DNA of 63,101 nt, filler included, from Reticulomyxa filosa (lineage: Eukaryota > Protista > Foraminifera), in NCBI GenBank assembly GCA_000512085.1. It is 15 parts of 15 records of this genome, joined end to end, with 100 filler letters (N's around TTAATTAATTAA, not from the genome) between each part and the next. Parts side by side here need not be neighbours in the genome. Positions count along the whole stretch, not along the records: positions 1 to 2,992 come from ASPP01022080.1; positions 3,093 to 6,247 come from ASPP01002164.1; positions 6,348 to 7,490 come from ASPP01037501.1; positions 7,591 to 12,693 come from ASPP01028997.1; positions 12,794 to 21,379 come from ASPP01013687.1; 10 more parts are not named here. One strand, given 5' to 3'. Under the pieces are notes generated by a model. That model ran no database searches, was not told where the DNA came from, and worked only from the letters and a program-made list of their open reading frames with translations. Made by a program: the position numbers and the translations under genes. Below are positions 1-12,871 of the stretch, one piece after another; within the stretch, counting starts at the first letter, position 1, and each line of letters begins with the position of its first letter.

Positions 1-443
1 AAAAATGATCTTGATGTTTAAATCTTTATTTTTCATTGAGAAAATCGATTCTCTTCATATAGTGCCATTTAGGTGTTGCAGTTTTTTTTGCAATCTACTG
101 TATCTATGACGTCATTTTCACTGATAAATCATTAACACCACTATTAGCAACTGTAGTATTAATTTTATTTCTCCTTTTTGATCATAAGAGGGGAATATCT
201 TTTAATAGTCAGCACTTTTTTCAGTCAAGTTTTTTAAAAAAAACAAGATTTCAAAAATACTTTATCAATCTTTTTTTTTTGTGGATTTTAAAATATAATT
301 TTAAATAAAGTATTATTAGCAGTTCAACACAATATAACATGAAATTGAGATAATGCGTTTGTCATTATTTATTCACTTGAAAAAAATTTATCTTGAACAT
401 AATTTTTGCACGATAACAAGTTTGTACTGAATGACATTTGTGT

Positions 444-1260
444 CTACTTCTTTTCGGTGATAACATCAACCTTTTTATCAGTTTCTTCTTTAGTTACTTT
501 TTCTTCCTTATTCTTTGTGACATTATTTTTTCTGACAATCATCAGCGCACCACTGTCAGTAATTGCTGTAAGAATAAATGTCAAAACTTCATCACCACTC
601 ATGACTTGAGGGCTGTCATTAGATGAATCCAAGTTCCACCAAACATCACCACACTTTCTAATAGTTAGCCAATGTCTCCCTTTGAAAACACTAAATTTTT
701 TTTTTGGAATATTCAAAATAAAGCCTTGAAAGCAGTCTCCCAAATCGCTTTGTTCCAATGACAACGAACTAACTTTTTGTTTATTTATATGTATTATAAA
801 CATATCATATACCAAATTATTTATTTATGTAAAAAAATACCGTCCTCTAAAATAACATAAATTTGTCACTACTGAACTTTTTCGTGTATCGAACCATTCT
901 GTTGTGTAATCCATCTTTTCTAATGCTATCATCATCACATTGGCATCGTAATTCCCATCACCACTTTTGCGTTAATTATTATGTTGTTTCATACTTTTAT
1001 TTTGATTTGCGTATAAAATGCACATTATTATTGCCATGCCTCAAACTTAACAACCAAGAACGGTGCTTATTGAATGAACTAGGATCCAACTCTTCGCAGA
1101 TTTGATCAAAATCGTTTTGACAGAACTTTGGAAAACCTAGTAGTGCGTTGACAGCGTGCACCAAACATAAGCGCTTGGACTGCTTTTCATGATAGGGATA
1201 TTCGTCACATTCCTTTTTTTTTGTTTTTTCTTCTTCTTCTGCTGACTTAATCAGGCCATT
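444..1260 (-). CDS. JOSD: Josephin-domain deubiquitinase (JOSD1/2-like), multi-exon; exact start unresolved
   Basis: Minus-strand exons read YHEKQSKRLCLVHAVNALLG (catalytic Cys, ~1140-1195), GDGNYDANVMMIAL (~915-963) and GRHWLTIRKCGDVWWNLDS (His, Asp; ORF 444..815). All are Josephin hallmark motifs. Confidence 0.88.
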
Positions 1261-1489
1261 ATTTGTTTATTTGTACATGCTGTTCTCAAGGGAAACGTCC
1301 CTTTATTTTATTAACATGTGTACATTTTTCTATTAGATGTATCTCTCTAAGAAATGCACAAATAATTTTTCTCTTTTTCAAATTAAATGCCGCAAATTTT
1401 TTGAATGGAACATTGACAAAAAAATCACTGCAAGGGGTGAAAAAAGGGCACTGACTTGAATCAAAACCGAACTAAATAAAGCTGTAATC

Positions 1490-2284
1490 ATGGTATATTT
1501 GTATGCGTACAAAATTGGAAATTCCGTCATAAATTTGGTTCTTTTTTATTGACAATAATATTACAGGGAAAGTTCGTTGTGAAAAAGCATCAGTTCCAAC
1601 AACAAAAAAAGATGATGAACATCAAAGCAAAGCTTAAAGCAGCAAACCAACTGAAGAAAAAAGTAGAAACTCGCACTCCCCGGACGGATGAGCAAGGCAA
1701 CAATGTGACCTCCAAGTGAACTTCGGTGGTTTTTTTTTTTTTTTATAAATCCATTTGTTTGTTTGTCATTCCTCCCCTTCTTTGATCTTTGTTAAAACCC
1801 CTGAATTTTTTTTTTTTAATGAAAGTTCAGACCTGAGCACTTCAACGAATTATTTTTTCGCCATAACACGGCATTGGGCCCCCCTTATCATATAATTTGT
1901 GATACAAACTTTTTCTATTATGCACGAAGAGCAAAGAAAGACATATTCCGTGAAATGACGCGAATATTGCTTAGTAAGTGCTATTTGTATGTAACTGACT
2001 GCATTATAGCTGAAGCAGAGAGATTGGGTCGCAAGTACAAATCAATGTTGCGAAGTATGAAAGATCCACGTATTCGGAGATTGAAATGTCAGCATAAGGG
2101 TACTTATGCTGATGACTGCCTTTGCGCTCGTGTGGAAGCACATCGTATTTATTTGGTTGCGACATGTGATAGAGATTTGAAGAAAAGGCTACGCAAAATA
2201 CCTGGAGTACCTATCGTCTTTGTTCAGGCCCATCGCTTCACTGTTGAAAGACTGCCCGAGGCCTACGGCGCTCCCAAATTTTAA
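1490..2284 (+). CDS. FCF1: rRNA-processing PIN-domain protein Fcf1/Utp24
   Basis: ATG at 1490 is followed directly by a GT..AG intron (1493-1566), then an exon giving MGK..., then a second intron ending at 1830. The last exon reads LFFRHNTALGPPYHIICDTNF...HKGTYADDCL...VATCDRDLKKRLRKIPGVPI. Confidence 0.95.
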
Positions 2285-2669
2285 TCTTCACATTTTTTTT
2301 GTTTTGGTCTTGCTTTTGTTTTTGTTTTTATTGCACTGTATGACAATTCAAACGCATCAATACTAAAAGTTCTATTCCAGGCTTTTCTTTGTTCCTTGCA
2401 TTTGCATTGTATGTTAAATGATTTTATTGCAACTTATTTTTTTTAATGGGTTATGGATATATTGGGGTCTCTTTTCTTTCTTTGCAAAAACACATTGGAA
2501 TTTTTACAATTGCTACGCATTCAATATTGAGTGGAAAAATTCACCCCAAAGCCAAGTTTATTTTAAATATGACAAAACAGACAAATCGATGCCATAATCA
2601 CAACACGACGCAATTTTCAGTGCTTGGTTGTAAAAATTTTGAACTTTTTTTGTCGGGAAAAAGATTATC

Positions 2670-2790
2670 ATGACCACGATACCAGAAGAGCTACAACAGC
2701 AAATCGAACAAAATCGTGTTGCGGCACTGGAAAGATACCAACTACGACGAAGGCGAAGACAAGTCCATGCTGCGGCATTGTTTAGTGTTT
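2670..2790 (+). CDS. 5' exon of a probable RPA32-binding-motif protein (SMARCAL1/TIPIN/XPA/UNG-type N-terminus); truncated by contig end
   Basis: ATG at 2670 reads MTTIPEELQQQIEQNRVAALERYQLRRRR, matching the ExxxxIExNRxxALxR RPA32C-binding helix. It is too short for the ORF track. Confidence 0.5.
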
Positions 2791-2992
2791 TTAGTTTTTT
2801 TTCCAAAGTGGGCTGACGACAATGTTTTTGCAAAACAGAGAAAGCCGTAAGCCTGAACAAGTAACCAATGTTTATCACGTTAAGTGTCATATAAATTTCG
2901 CACATTTTTTATTTTTGTAAAAGGGAACCACAAAGATTTGAAGCCCCTTTTTTTTTTTTTATTCAAAAAAAAACTAGCATTTTGTATCTTTG

Positions 2993-3092
2993 NNNNNNNN
3001 NNNNNNNNNNNNNNNNNNNNNNNNNNNNNNNNNNNNTTAATTAATTAANNNNNNNNNNNNNNNNNNNNNNNNNNNNNNNNNNNNNNNNNNNN
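2993..3092. other. Artificial contig linker (44 N + TTAATTAATTAA + 44 N), first of 14
   Basis: Identical 100-nt blocks at 2993, 6248, 7491, 12694, 21380, 22551, 28129, 32374, 42569, 49296, 50704, 54476, 56195 and 58561. TTAATTAATTAA places stops in all six frames. Confidence 0.98.
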
Positions 3093-3099
3093 AAAATAT

Positions 3100-3175
3100 T
3101 CAAATTTTTTAAACAATTAGGAAAGATGTAATGAAAACCAAAATCATATTTAAACTACAATTTGTAGATATTTTT
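3100..3175. repeat. Degenerate inverted copy of 5409-5487 (possible transposon terminal inverted repeat)
   Basis: The reverse complement aaaaatatctacaaattgtagtttaaatatgattttggtttt aligns with 5409 aaaaatatctacaaaccgtgtagtttttaaatatcattttggtttt. Confidence 0.55.
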
Positions 3176-5404
3176 ATGGTGCCATTTTGGGGTCAACTTT
3201 CTTTTCAATTATCAACCAAAGAAATTTACTTCAACTGAGCATGCTATACGAATAAAAATAGTCAAAATAGATCTCTTTGAATTTGGTTATTTGGAATTTA
3301 TCTTCATCAAATCTTTTTGTTAAAAAACAGCATCGATATTTCAAAGATATTCTTTTACAAAAGTATCTCCATGTTCATCAAGTAAAATAATAAAATAATC
3401 ATTCTATGATTATGAGTAAAGCTTGTAAAAAAAAAAAGAGAGTTATGGCATGCTATAAAATTTGGCCGACAAATAATTAGAAAACATTACAATAGATAGT
3501 CCTATTTTCTAGTAACATAGGGTAAGGCCCTAACAGTGTAAAGGAAGTTCCTGCGTGACTAAGGAAACCCCTTTTTTACAGCAACTTACTCATTTACCTT
3601 TTCTTCCAACTTCTCTTATTCTCTTGTTGTTTATATTCTTCTTTTATTTAAACTAATTTTGTTTTTGAAAGATTGCTTAAAGAGCAACTATTCATATTAC
3701 ACTTGACATTTCAGTCTAGACAAGCTAGTCAACTTCCTACAAACAAATAAATATTTTTCGTAATATTAAAAAAACTTTGATTAGAAAGTGACAAGTGCTT
3801 GTATTAGATACTAAACATAATTGAAAAAAAAACAATAATAAAAAGTTCAATTATTAAATCAATCTATGACTATAAAAAATGAATAGTCTCACATTTGTGA
3901 AATTCTGGCAAAAAATCTTGAGGTTGGGCATAGCTACAGCATTAAAGAAAACGAGTCGACTATTAATAATTTTAGAAATCAAAAAATATGTTAGTGGTCA
4001 GTTAAACATTTGAAAAAGATTTTAAAATACTGTAAATTTATTAATTGTATAATTTAAATGAATTTATTAAATTGCATCAACTATGAAAAATGTACAACAA
4101 CGCTTAGTGTAAAAAAAAATTGTATGTTCTTTATTGTGTAGCGATTACATATCTTTGTCAAATAATGTAACATAATAATACAGTAAATTTGTGCAGTGAT
4201 TTGTGTATTATGACTTGCAATGAAATAGTCTCATGTACTCATGTATCCACGCATCATCTATCAAAACAAATGAGATTGACAATAAATGCTTGTTCCATAA
4301 CTTTCTGCAAAAATATCACCATAAAAGTATTTTTGATATTTGAATCGTATGTAATTGACAATAGCTTTTGAACAATTGCAAAGTCGAAGATTCAATGGGG
4401 AGACTATCAAAATACAATAGAATGAATCTTATTTTGTATCTTCATTTCATTTTTGGTTAAAAAAGGCAAACAATTGAAGAACTATTGATAATAAATAAAA
4501 ACTCTTAATGATAACTTTCTTTTCACAAAATCTTTCATATAATATCTATTAATATTGCAATGAGAGTTGAAACAAATAAATACAAAAAGACGATATATAA
4601 GTGTTTCAATATTACATATGCCAATATTATTTGAAAAATAATGAAATAATTTTGAAATGCAAAAGTCTTTTTGTTGTTTTTTTTGCCTACAGTCAATATA
4701 ATCTGTTTGTCCAACAGAAAAATAATTTATAAAAAGTGTTCTGCATGTGCTTAATCTTGGACCACTAAAATATTAATTATAGTGAAACATTGTGAACAAT
4801 TAGCAAAAATAACAACGATAAGTTCTTTTACAAACTTAATTGAAAAGATATAGATAAAAATAGTTTAAATGATATATCATACGCATAATACACTTTGTTA
4901 AAAAATTTTGCTTAATTGCGTCACTTTTTTTGGTGTAATTTCAATTTGCTTTTCAATATCTTTAAATAAGTTAAAATTTTCATTAAAATTTATCATGTAG
5001 CATGTTGAACTTGTCCAAATGAAGGAAAAGGTGATCAAATATTATCTTAAAAATAAACTTTAGTTTTAAAATTAGAAATAAATATTAATGTTTTTTAAGT
5101 TTCTCATTTGTAGAAACTTCAAAATAACTGAGCTAAAACAATTTCATTTGCAACCACAAATGAGAATGTTAAATTTATGTTGTCAAAAAAAAAGAATGTT
5201 AGTGCAAAGGTATCCAGTTTGAAATCAAGAAATAAGCAACATTGTAAGTAATTTATTTAACAAAAGAATTAAATTACTTGGCTCATGTCATTTGTTTAAA
5301 AAAAAAGCAGACATAAATACAGTAAGAAAGTTGACACCTAAAATGCCACCTTATAGAGATAATTGTGTTTCTACATGAAAAAATAATATTTAATCAACAT
5401 TTTT

Positions 5405-6110
5405 TTTAAAAAATATCTACAAACCGTGTAGTTTTTAAATATCATTTTGGTTTTTTTATTAAGCCTTTTCAATTTTTTCAAAAATTTTATCTTTCATTTA
5501 CTTTAAAAAAAATTTTTTGTGGTTGCCTGAATATTATAAGATTTTGTTTTTTTAAAATTTAATTCAAGTTTACTGACGTGTTATATTTCCTTTTACTTTT
5601 TTAACTTCTGTATTATCTTTGGCATCGACTTTATTAAGGTTTCACAAATGTTTTTTATATTTTTTCACATTCTATTTCAAATTTGTTCCAAAGTTCTTCA
5701 GTGGTATTAAATGGTCCTTTTTTGTGAATCCTTGTATTTACTATCCACCAAAGATTTTTAATTGGATTTAAAGCAGGTAAATTTGGAGAAAATTCATTAT
5801 TTTATTTTTTTTTGTTTTAACATTTCATAATTTTTTCGACTTATGGCATGTTGCATTATCTTGCTGGAGAATCCAATCTCTTTATTTTCTAAGCAGAAAT
5901 TGACGATCTTTAGCATTTCGTCAGATAAAATTATCAATATTTACTCCATCTTACAAAAGTAACATGTTCCTAATGCTCCAAAACATGACTAGACTAAAAT
6001 GCTTCAATCACCAAATTTTGTTATTTTTGTTATAAGATTTTCATCTATTGGTTATCAATCAATATTTCGGCAACAAAATAATAAAACGATAATAATCAAT
6101 ATCGAACACC
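5405..6110 (-). mobile_element. Decayed Tc1/mariner (IS630-Tc1-mariner) DDE transposase relic
   Basis: Minus strand reads WILQQDNATCHKS (~5837-5875) and, after a stop and frameshift, SPNLPALNPIKNLW (~5748-5790). These match the QQDNAxxH and SPDLNPIENLW motifs, with the catalytic E changed to K. Boundaries approximate. Confidence 0.8.
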
Positions 6111-7590
6111 TAAAAAAAAAAAAAAAGGAAAATTTCAAAAATTGTTTAAAAAAAGATTGTCAAATTTCATGACTACGAGAAAAATACGATTGTCAACTTT
6201 TTTAAAGAAATTTTACCAAATCAAATGAAAGATTAAAATTTTTGAAANNNNNNNNNNNNNNNNNNNNNNNNNNNNNNNNNNNNNNNNNNNNTTAATTAAT
6301 TAANNNNNNNNNNNNNNNNNNNNNNNNNNNNNNNNNNNNNNNNNNNNCTTCAAGATTAAACAATTGTTGAATGTTTTTTTATTGAACTAATAAAGTCTGT
6401 CAATAGGACTTATTTATGAAAAAACTTATGATAATTTTTTCTCTTTCAAGCAAAAAAACATTGTTTGTTAGTAAGTATTGACAATGCTGGTCAATTTAGT
6501 TTTTGGAAGTGATATCACATATGAAGAAACGAGCTTTTTTGTAACTGTCCGATACAATATCAATATTGTTCTCTTTTTGCCAGCCATAGAAATGACAATC
6601 CCAGAAATAACAAGTATCTTTTCAATCATGTCAATAATATTGCAGGGTATTTTTTTGAGTTTCAAAGAGACAGTTCATTTTTTTGCATATCTGATCTATT
6701 TTGTTTTTTTTTTCAGCCAACAGCAACACAAATAAGTGAAATTAGTTGTGTTTATCAAATCTCTGATCTGTGAGACGTTAGCCAGAAAAGAGTTCACACT
6801 AAATGTAATACGAAAGGGCTTTTTTGCTCAAAGAGCCTGATTGTCAATAAACAAGTAAATTAAAACAAATTAAAGAGAAATGACACGAAAAAGAGGAAAA
6901 CAAAACAAGGCAGAGTGAAGAAGGTTGTAAAGGAAGTTTAACCCACTGGGGGTTCCTCGGGTCCTCCCGGGTTCAAATCTTTGGAATAGGGACTTGTACT
7001 ACAGATCTTTTGTTGCAAATCTACTAGTTTTAAATTTCTCTCTTAGCCCCTGAAAGTGTTCCATTCCCAGACTTTATGTGTATCATTAAAAAAACCATTT
7101 TGTTTATCAAAGATCATTTTCACGCAATCATAACAACAGCTTTACATAATTTTTGTTTCAAAGCAAAAGCTGATTTGGTCCTGAAGTAATTCAACAGCGT
7201 TTGAATGCGTTCTCAAGGGAAAAAAAAGGAAGTTAAAACAAAGTGAGGCTGAGTGTCGAGAACAAAACAATCCACCTATAAAAACACTATAATGGAACAA
7301 AAAACAGCAATTTAAGAAAAGATAGAAAACTGAAAACGTAAAAAAAAAGAGAAAACATAAACAAACGAACATATCAAGCGCGAAATCGCTTTAATTATGA
7401 TCGATTCATCAATCATAATAAGTAATCTACAACTATAAACGCTACAACACAAGTATTAATATCACAAACAGCGATGATATTGTAATTGAGNNNNNNNNNN
7501 NNNNNNNNNNNNNNNNNNNNNNNNNNNNNNNNNNTTAATTAATTAANNNNNNNNNNNNNNNNNNNNNNNNNNNNNNNNNNNNNNNNNNNN

Positions 7591-7866
7591 ACCATATTTG
7601 AGGCAAAAAATCGACATTGTCGTCTGAGATTTGATACAAATGAGTCAATAGATATTTGCGAACTTCCTATTTCGACAATCAAATGTCACGTGTATCCCAA
7701 GATTGATTCTAATTACTACAAGAAAATTTTGCTTTCTTTTTTTTTGCTTATTGTTGTCTTCAAACAAACACACGAAAGAAATACACACCACATGTTTGGC
7801 AGTATCCAAATGCTCGAATATCACCCAAGAGTCTAAGACCTGGTCATTATTGGACTTCAATGCCAT
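7591..7866 (-). CDS. 5' end of a PI4-kinase III-beta/PIK1-like gene (helical domain), truncated by contig end
   Basis: Two phase-0-joined exons: MALKSNNDQVLDSWVIFEHLDTAKH | EVRKYLLTHLYQISDDNVDFLPQI. This resembles the PI4KB/PIK1 helical motif YLxNRLxxxxxxDVDFYLPQ. Confidence 0.55.
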
Positions 7867-8898
7867 CTCCAATTACTATTAGTGCCAAAGAAAAACTCGC
7901 CTTTTTTTTTGTGCGTACGTTTGTGAACGTCGCACTCCACAGCAACACTACGCTTTTTTTCAAACAAAAGCTGTATGTAATGCTTTCATAAAATAAAAGT
8001 TCTTGTGTGACTTCAACACTTTATTTGTTGTCACAACATTATTTAATCAAAATATAAACAAAAAAACGAAATGAAAACATTTCCAAACGTTTACAGAATC
8101 AACAAAAAAGCAGAAAGGGATATCATTAACATTAATGAAATTATATAGCCATCTCATATGCACTACTTGCGTTCTACATCGAACTTATGTGTTTGTATTT
8201 CAAATCAACTGTAAGTGCCTTTCTTGTGGATGAAAAAAAAAGCGTCCTGGGTTTTTGTCCCTTTTTTAAAACGTCCCAAGCGCCGTGGGTTACCCTACGT
8301 AGACTCATGGACATGGATGAGTAGATGAGCTATGTGGAAAGGTGGAATAGTCTTATGGTGATGGATTTTTGGTGATACTGACTCTAATTTTATTCACTTT
8401 AGGAAAGCTTTTTTTGAGTCGAGAAGTGTGTAAAAAATATCAATAGTGTGAAGACACCAGCGACTTCAACAATGCACTTATACACACAAGCTTTGATCCA
8501 TGCCAATAGATGTACGACGTCGTAGGACATCACTAAGATCATTCTTTATTTTATTTATTCCAGCAAAATAAAAGTCCTCTGATAGCATAAAAATCTTTGT
8601 ACTGACATTAATTTGAAAGAGGCAATATTGTTCTCCATGGCTGAGAAACTCAAGTAAAAAAACAAAAAGTTTGTTTTCAATGAAAATGATCAAGTTAGAA
8701 ACTTGTGAAACAATGTTTTACAAAATTGTATTGTATTACTATTGTTACATTTTAAAATAAAAGCTAGAATGGGAAACGTAAAGTGATCGAAAGAATAAAA
8801 GATCTTTCAAAAAAACAAAAGCAATTGATAGAACATCCAATTATTTTCTATTATTATTGCTATATTATTCTTACTTTTATTCTATCATTGTTCTTCTC

Positions 8899-9956
8899 TT
8901 ATTCTTGTAATCGATACAAAATACTGCCACCTTCTGGGAGATACGTGATATTGGAAGCATTAGCCAATGTTTGAGCAATTTCCTTGGCCGCCTCAATTTT
9001 TCTAATGTCAACGAGGCCACGTCCAGATGTTTCAATGCTGTCCGAGATCAACTTCGCGGCCTCGGCTTCACCTTCAGCACAAATAATGGCTGCCAGTTTC
9101 TCCTGTTCGGTCTTAGCAACAATGAATTTTGACCTCTCAGCATGTTGATGTGCAACCTGCTTTAGTTCCACTGCCTTCATAAAATCTCGTGAATAAGACA
9201 GTTGAGTCTATTACAAAAAATAAAAATACTCATCATTTTTTTTTTTATTAAAAAGGGACAAAAAAAAAAAAAAAATTCTAACAATTGCCACGTCGTCGAT
9301 AACAATGTTATAATCTTTTGCTCTTTCAATCATATTTTCGCGAATAAGCATTGACACTTCTTCTCTTTGAGTCAACAGTTGATCCGCATTGAACTGGGCC
9401 ACCACTGATTTCAATATCTCTTGGGCCACTGATGGGAGCACCTTTTCGTTGTAGTTCTCTCCAATGTCGCTGTACATTTGAGGCAGTTTTAACACGTCCG
9501 GATGGGATAGTACTCGCAACGATATGCGTGATTGTTGCAAATCTTGGGTGCCTGCACTCTGATCTTTCACTGAAAATGGGATTGTTCTGATTGTTTATGG
9601 TGAGAATAAAAATACTCGGAATTTTACAGAAAATTATTGTTTTTTTTTTTAATAAGAGAAAATATTTTTTTTTTTTTACAAACCGAACGTCGAAAATGAT
9701 CGCACGTTGCAAAATTGGAACCAATAAATGCGTGCCTTCACCTTTCACGGTGTTTTGGACTCCTTGATATCGATCGTAAATCACCGCTGTTTGTGTGCAC
9801 ATTTTTTTTCTCTCTTTTTGCTGTTGTCTAGGGCGTTGACGACTAAAGGAGACACCAACCTCTATGTCCAGCATCAACATTGTACATGCTTGTGTTCAAT
9901 AATGTCCCAAAAGCACTCAATCCCACCGCTATGCCAATTAGTCGGCCTGAAGACAT
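8899..9956 (-). CDS. PHB: Prohibitin (SPFH/band-7), 4 exons
   Basis: Exons 9860-9956, 9684-9786, 9283-9586 and 8899-9207 with GT-AG introns. Motifs [59 protein letters not shown]. Confidence 0.95.
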
Positions 9957-10365
9957 TATAACAAAGAATTTTTCTATAAGTATTCAAGTACACCTCACAG
10001 TTTTTAGTCTCGATTGTGAAAAAACAAAAATTTTAATCTAATTAGGCTACAATGTTTGACAAGAACAAATTTACGTGAATGAACTAGGTAGTTTCATTTT
10101 TTTTTTGCAAAACAAAATATTTTAAAATCTTGTTTCGAATTGGCAATTTACATCCTGTCCATTTGTATCATTTAAAAAATTCACACGGAAGAAAGGAAGC
10201 CAGAGAACTAAAATTGTACCAAAAAGTTTGAAAACTTGTCGAGGGCACACTTTAAAATTTGGAACTACCCTGTTTTTTTTTTTGCGGTATTAGTTTTGAT
10301 TTCAAAATTGAGTTAAATTTTGTTTATTTTTAAGAATCGTTTTCTACTTCGTCGCGTCGAGAAAT

Positions 10366-10647
10366 ATGGCATCATTGGAGGATTTAGACAAACCCGTGAC
10401 TTTGGACGAAATCAAGGCCGTCGACGCCGCATTCCAGCCTATGTTGGCAAGTCAACTGTTAGACAAGACGTTTAATGAGGTGAGTGAAAACGCAAAAGCA
10501 AAAGACGACGCACAAAAGGAAAGACTTGATGTTTGCTCCGCAATACTGGAATCAGGAATTCAATTGCCAGGATTTCCATCCAAAACACACGATACTTTGT
10601 TGAAACAAGTCAAGAAACAGCTCACTAAAATCACACAAAAAGAGTAG
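10366..10647 (+). CDS. Small hypothetical protein (93 aa), single exon, divergent from prohibitin
   Basis: ATG-initiated ORF, GC-richer than its flanks, with protein-like composition. No family recognised. Confidence 0.6.
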   Translation: MASLEDLDKPVTLDEIKAVDAAFQPMLASQLLDKTFNEVSENAKAKDDAQKERLDVCSAILESGIQLPGFPSKTHDTLLKQVKKQLTKITQKE

Positions 10648-11581
10648 ATCACGAAAAGAGTAGATCACGAAAAATTCTTAACAAATTATAAAAAAAAAGA
10701 CATACTTTTTTTGAGTTTTGAACCTATTGTCGAATATGAAGTTGCTTGTTCGTACGCAATGTCGCGAAAAGTGTTTTTTTTTTTTAATTGTTTTTGTGTG
10801 TTGAATTAAACTTTACAATGGCGATTTTTTTGTTTCAAGTAGTAGGCCTGTTTTTAACGTGCAAACAACGACTAGCACCCACTTGAGAATTGCCTCTCTG
10901 GAAAGCTTCACATGCAACAGTCATAAGTGTTGCAAATCGTTGTTCGAAAACAGTTCCGCGGCTTAGGTTTTTGTAATTGCTCACAAACGGCAATACGTTC
11001 CGACAAAATTGTGCGACCATTCATATTTTTAAAAACTCTGATTTTTTATGGATATTTCAACCAACGTGCAAATATCCTTTACAAAATGCAAGAAAACTTG
11101 AACGAAACAGAGTATGACGAATTTTTTTGTTTGTGTTGGGCCAGACTTGAGTGAACCATATGTGGAAAGAAATTAAATGGAATATTTGCTTATCGTGTTT
11201 AATGTCCTCCTTCTCATAAATTTGCTAAACAAAATATTATTTTTTAGGCACAAATTGCGATTGAAAATAAATTGGTTTGGTTCAATGAATACAACAAAAT
11301 GGTCTCTGTTTTGAAGAGTAACATTCGTTCGTCGTTTTATTTGACCAGAAAGCAGGTTTTTGCAAATTTTTTATTAAGAAATTGATAGAAAAAAACTGTT
11401 GATAAGGCATGTAAAAAATAAATAAGAAATTAAAATATAAATCATGAACATACTTCAGATTAAATTTTATTCTAAAAGTTAAAATTGATAGTATAACATT
11501 GAAACAATACAAAATAAAAAAACTACTCATCGGCTGTCTCTCTTTTCGCACTGTTTCAGCGGCGAGTGGCAGTATTTCCTC

Positions 11582-12650
11582 TTAAAGGGATATGCTATTA
11601 CCATCTGGTGGATGAGAGCAACAAGCGGTCCATCCCTGCCAACAGCACGTCAAGATACACTTCACAAGCAAAGCGATTGCAACAGGTCCGATCAGTACGA
11701 TAGCCATAAAAAGCATAAGCCAGCCACTCCAACAGCCAACTGTATATGCATTCCCTCCCCCCCCCCCAAACACATACATGCCCAAGTGCAAGTTCGAAAC
11801 AATATTGAAACTCTTTTTTTTTCCCTTCCTCTCTTTTTTTTTAAAAAAATATACATATATGCATGTATAAATGCAAATATTTTATCTAACATAAGACATT
11901 TTGGAAATTCCATTGATTTTGTTCACAACAGTCGCAACTCGAGCAGTAAGATTCAAAGCAGCACCCACAGGGGAAAACGATACATGCAAATGGAATGGCA
12001 AGGATAAGACAAGGGATCGAAAAAATAATTCCTAAAAATCCCAAAGGTACCAGTACCCACATTGAGATTTGTTCATGTGTTTCGAATTGTTTACCAGCGC
12101 ACATTCCATTTCGAAAGTGAGAAGGAATCGGAATATCTTCAATTTCTTCCATACATAGCCAGCAAAAAGAGCAATTACATTTCGCACACTTTTTTTTTTT
12201 TTTATGCGTATTGTGTTGTGTACGTATTAGGAAGTTAAAAGACAAATAAAAAAACCAAAACAAAACAAACAAAAAAACTAAACTACACGAAACTTTCATA
12301 TGATTGCAACCGCCAATCTTTTCAATAAAGTATCTACATTGAGGGCAGTTTTTGGCATTTTTGGTAATTTTTTGACTTAGTTTGTCTTCTTTGACCATTC
12401 TAGATTCGTACGCTTCGCATGTCTCTTCGTTGCCATGAGCAGTGCTATGGTAAAAACAATAGAGTGCTGCACATTGCGAACAGACCATGGACGGATAGTG
12501 CGGATCTCCGATCTGCGTGTGTTGGCACGAAGGGCACTGTCTTGCATTTGGATTTTCCAAGTTCTCTTTGAATCGTTGATACTTTTGAACCACCACAGTG
12601 TCAAGTGTTCCTAAAATGTCGGACTCATCCACATTTTGACCACAATGTGG

Positions 12651-12655
<5 letters not shown>
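11582..12655 (-). CDS. RBR (RING-IBR-RING) E3 ligase with C-terminal Cys-rich transmembrane segments; 5' end missing
   Basis: IBR CPSC...CSQC..YCFYHSTAH; RING2 KNCPQC..IEKIGGCNHMK|CAKCNCSFCWLC with the catalytic Cys; hydrophobic segments WVLVPLGFLGIIFSIPCLILAIPF and WLMLFMAIVLIGPVAIALL. Confidence 0.88.
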
Positions 12656-12688
<33 letters not shown>

Positions 12689-12871
12689 TTTTTNNNNNNN
12701 NNNNNNNNNNNNNNNNNNNNNNNNNNNNNNNNNNNNNTTAATTAATTAANNNNNNNNNNNNNNNNNNNNNNNNNNNNNNNNNNNNNNNNNNNNTTTTTTT
12801 TTTTTTCCCCCCCCCAAAAAAAAAAAAAAAAAAAAAAGATTTTTTAAAAAAAGTTAATAGTAAAACGCAAG

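Noticed and set aside
10638-10673. 16-bp direct duplication over the stop codon
   Set aside because: A simple slippage duplication with no element between the copies.
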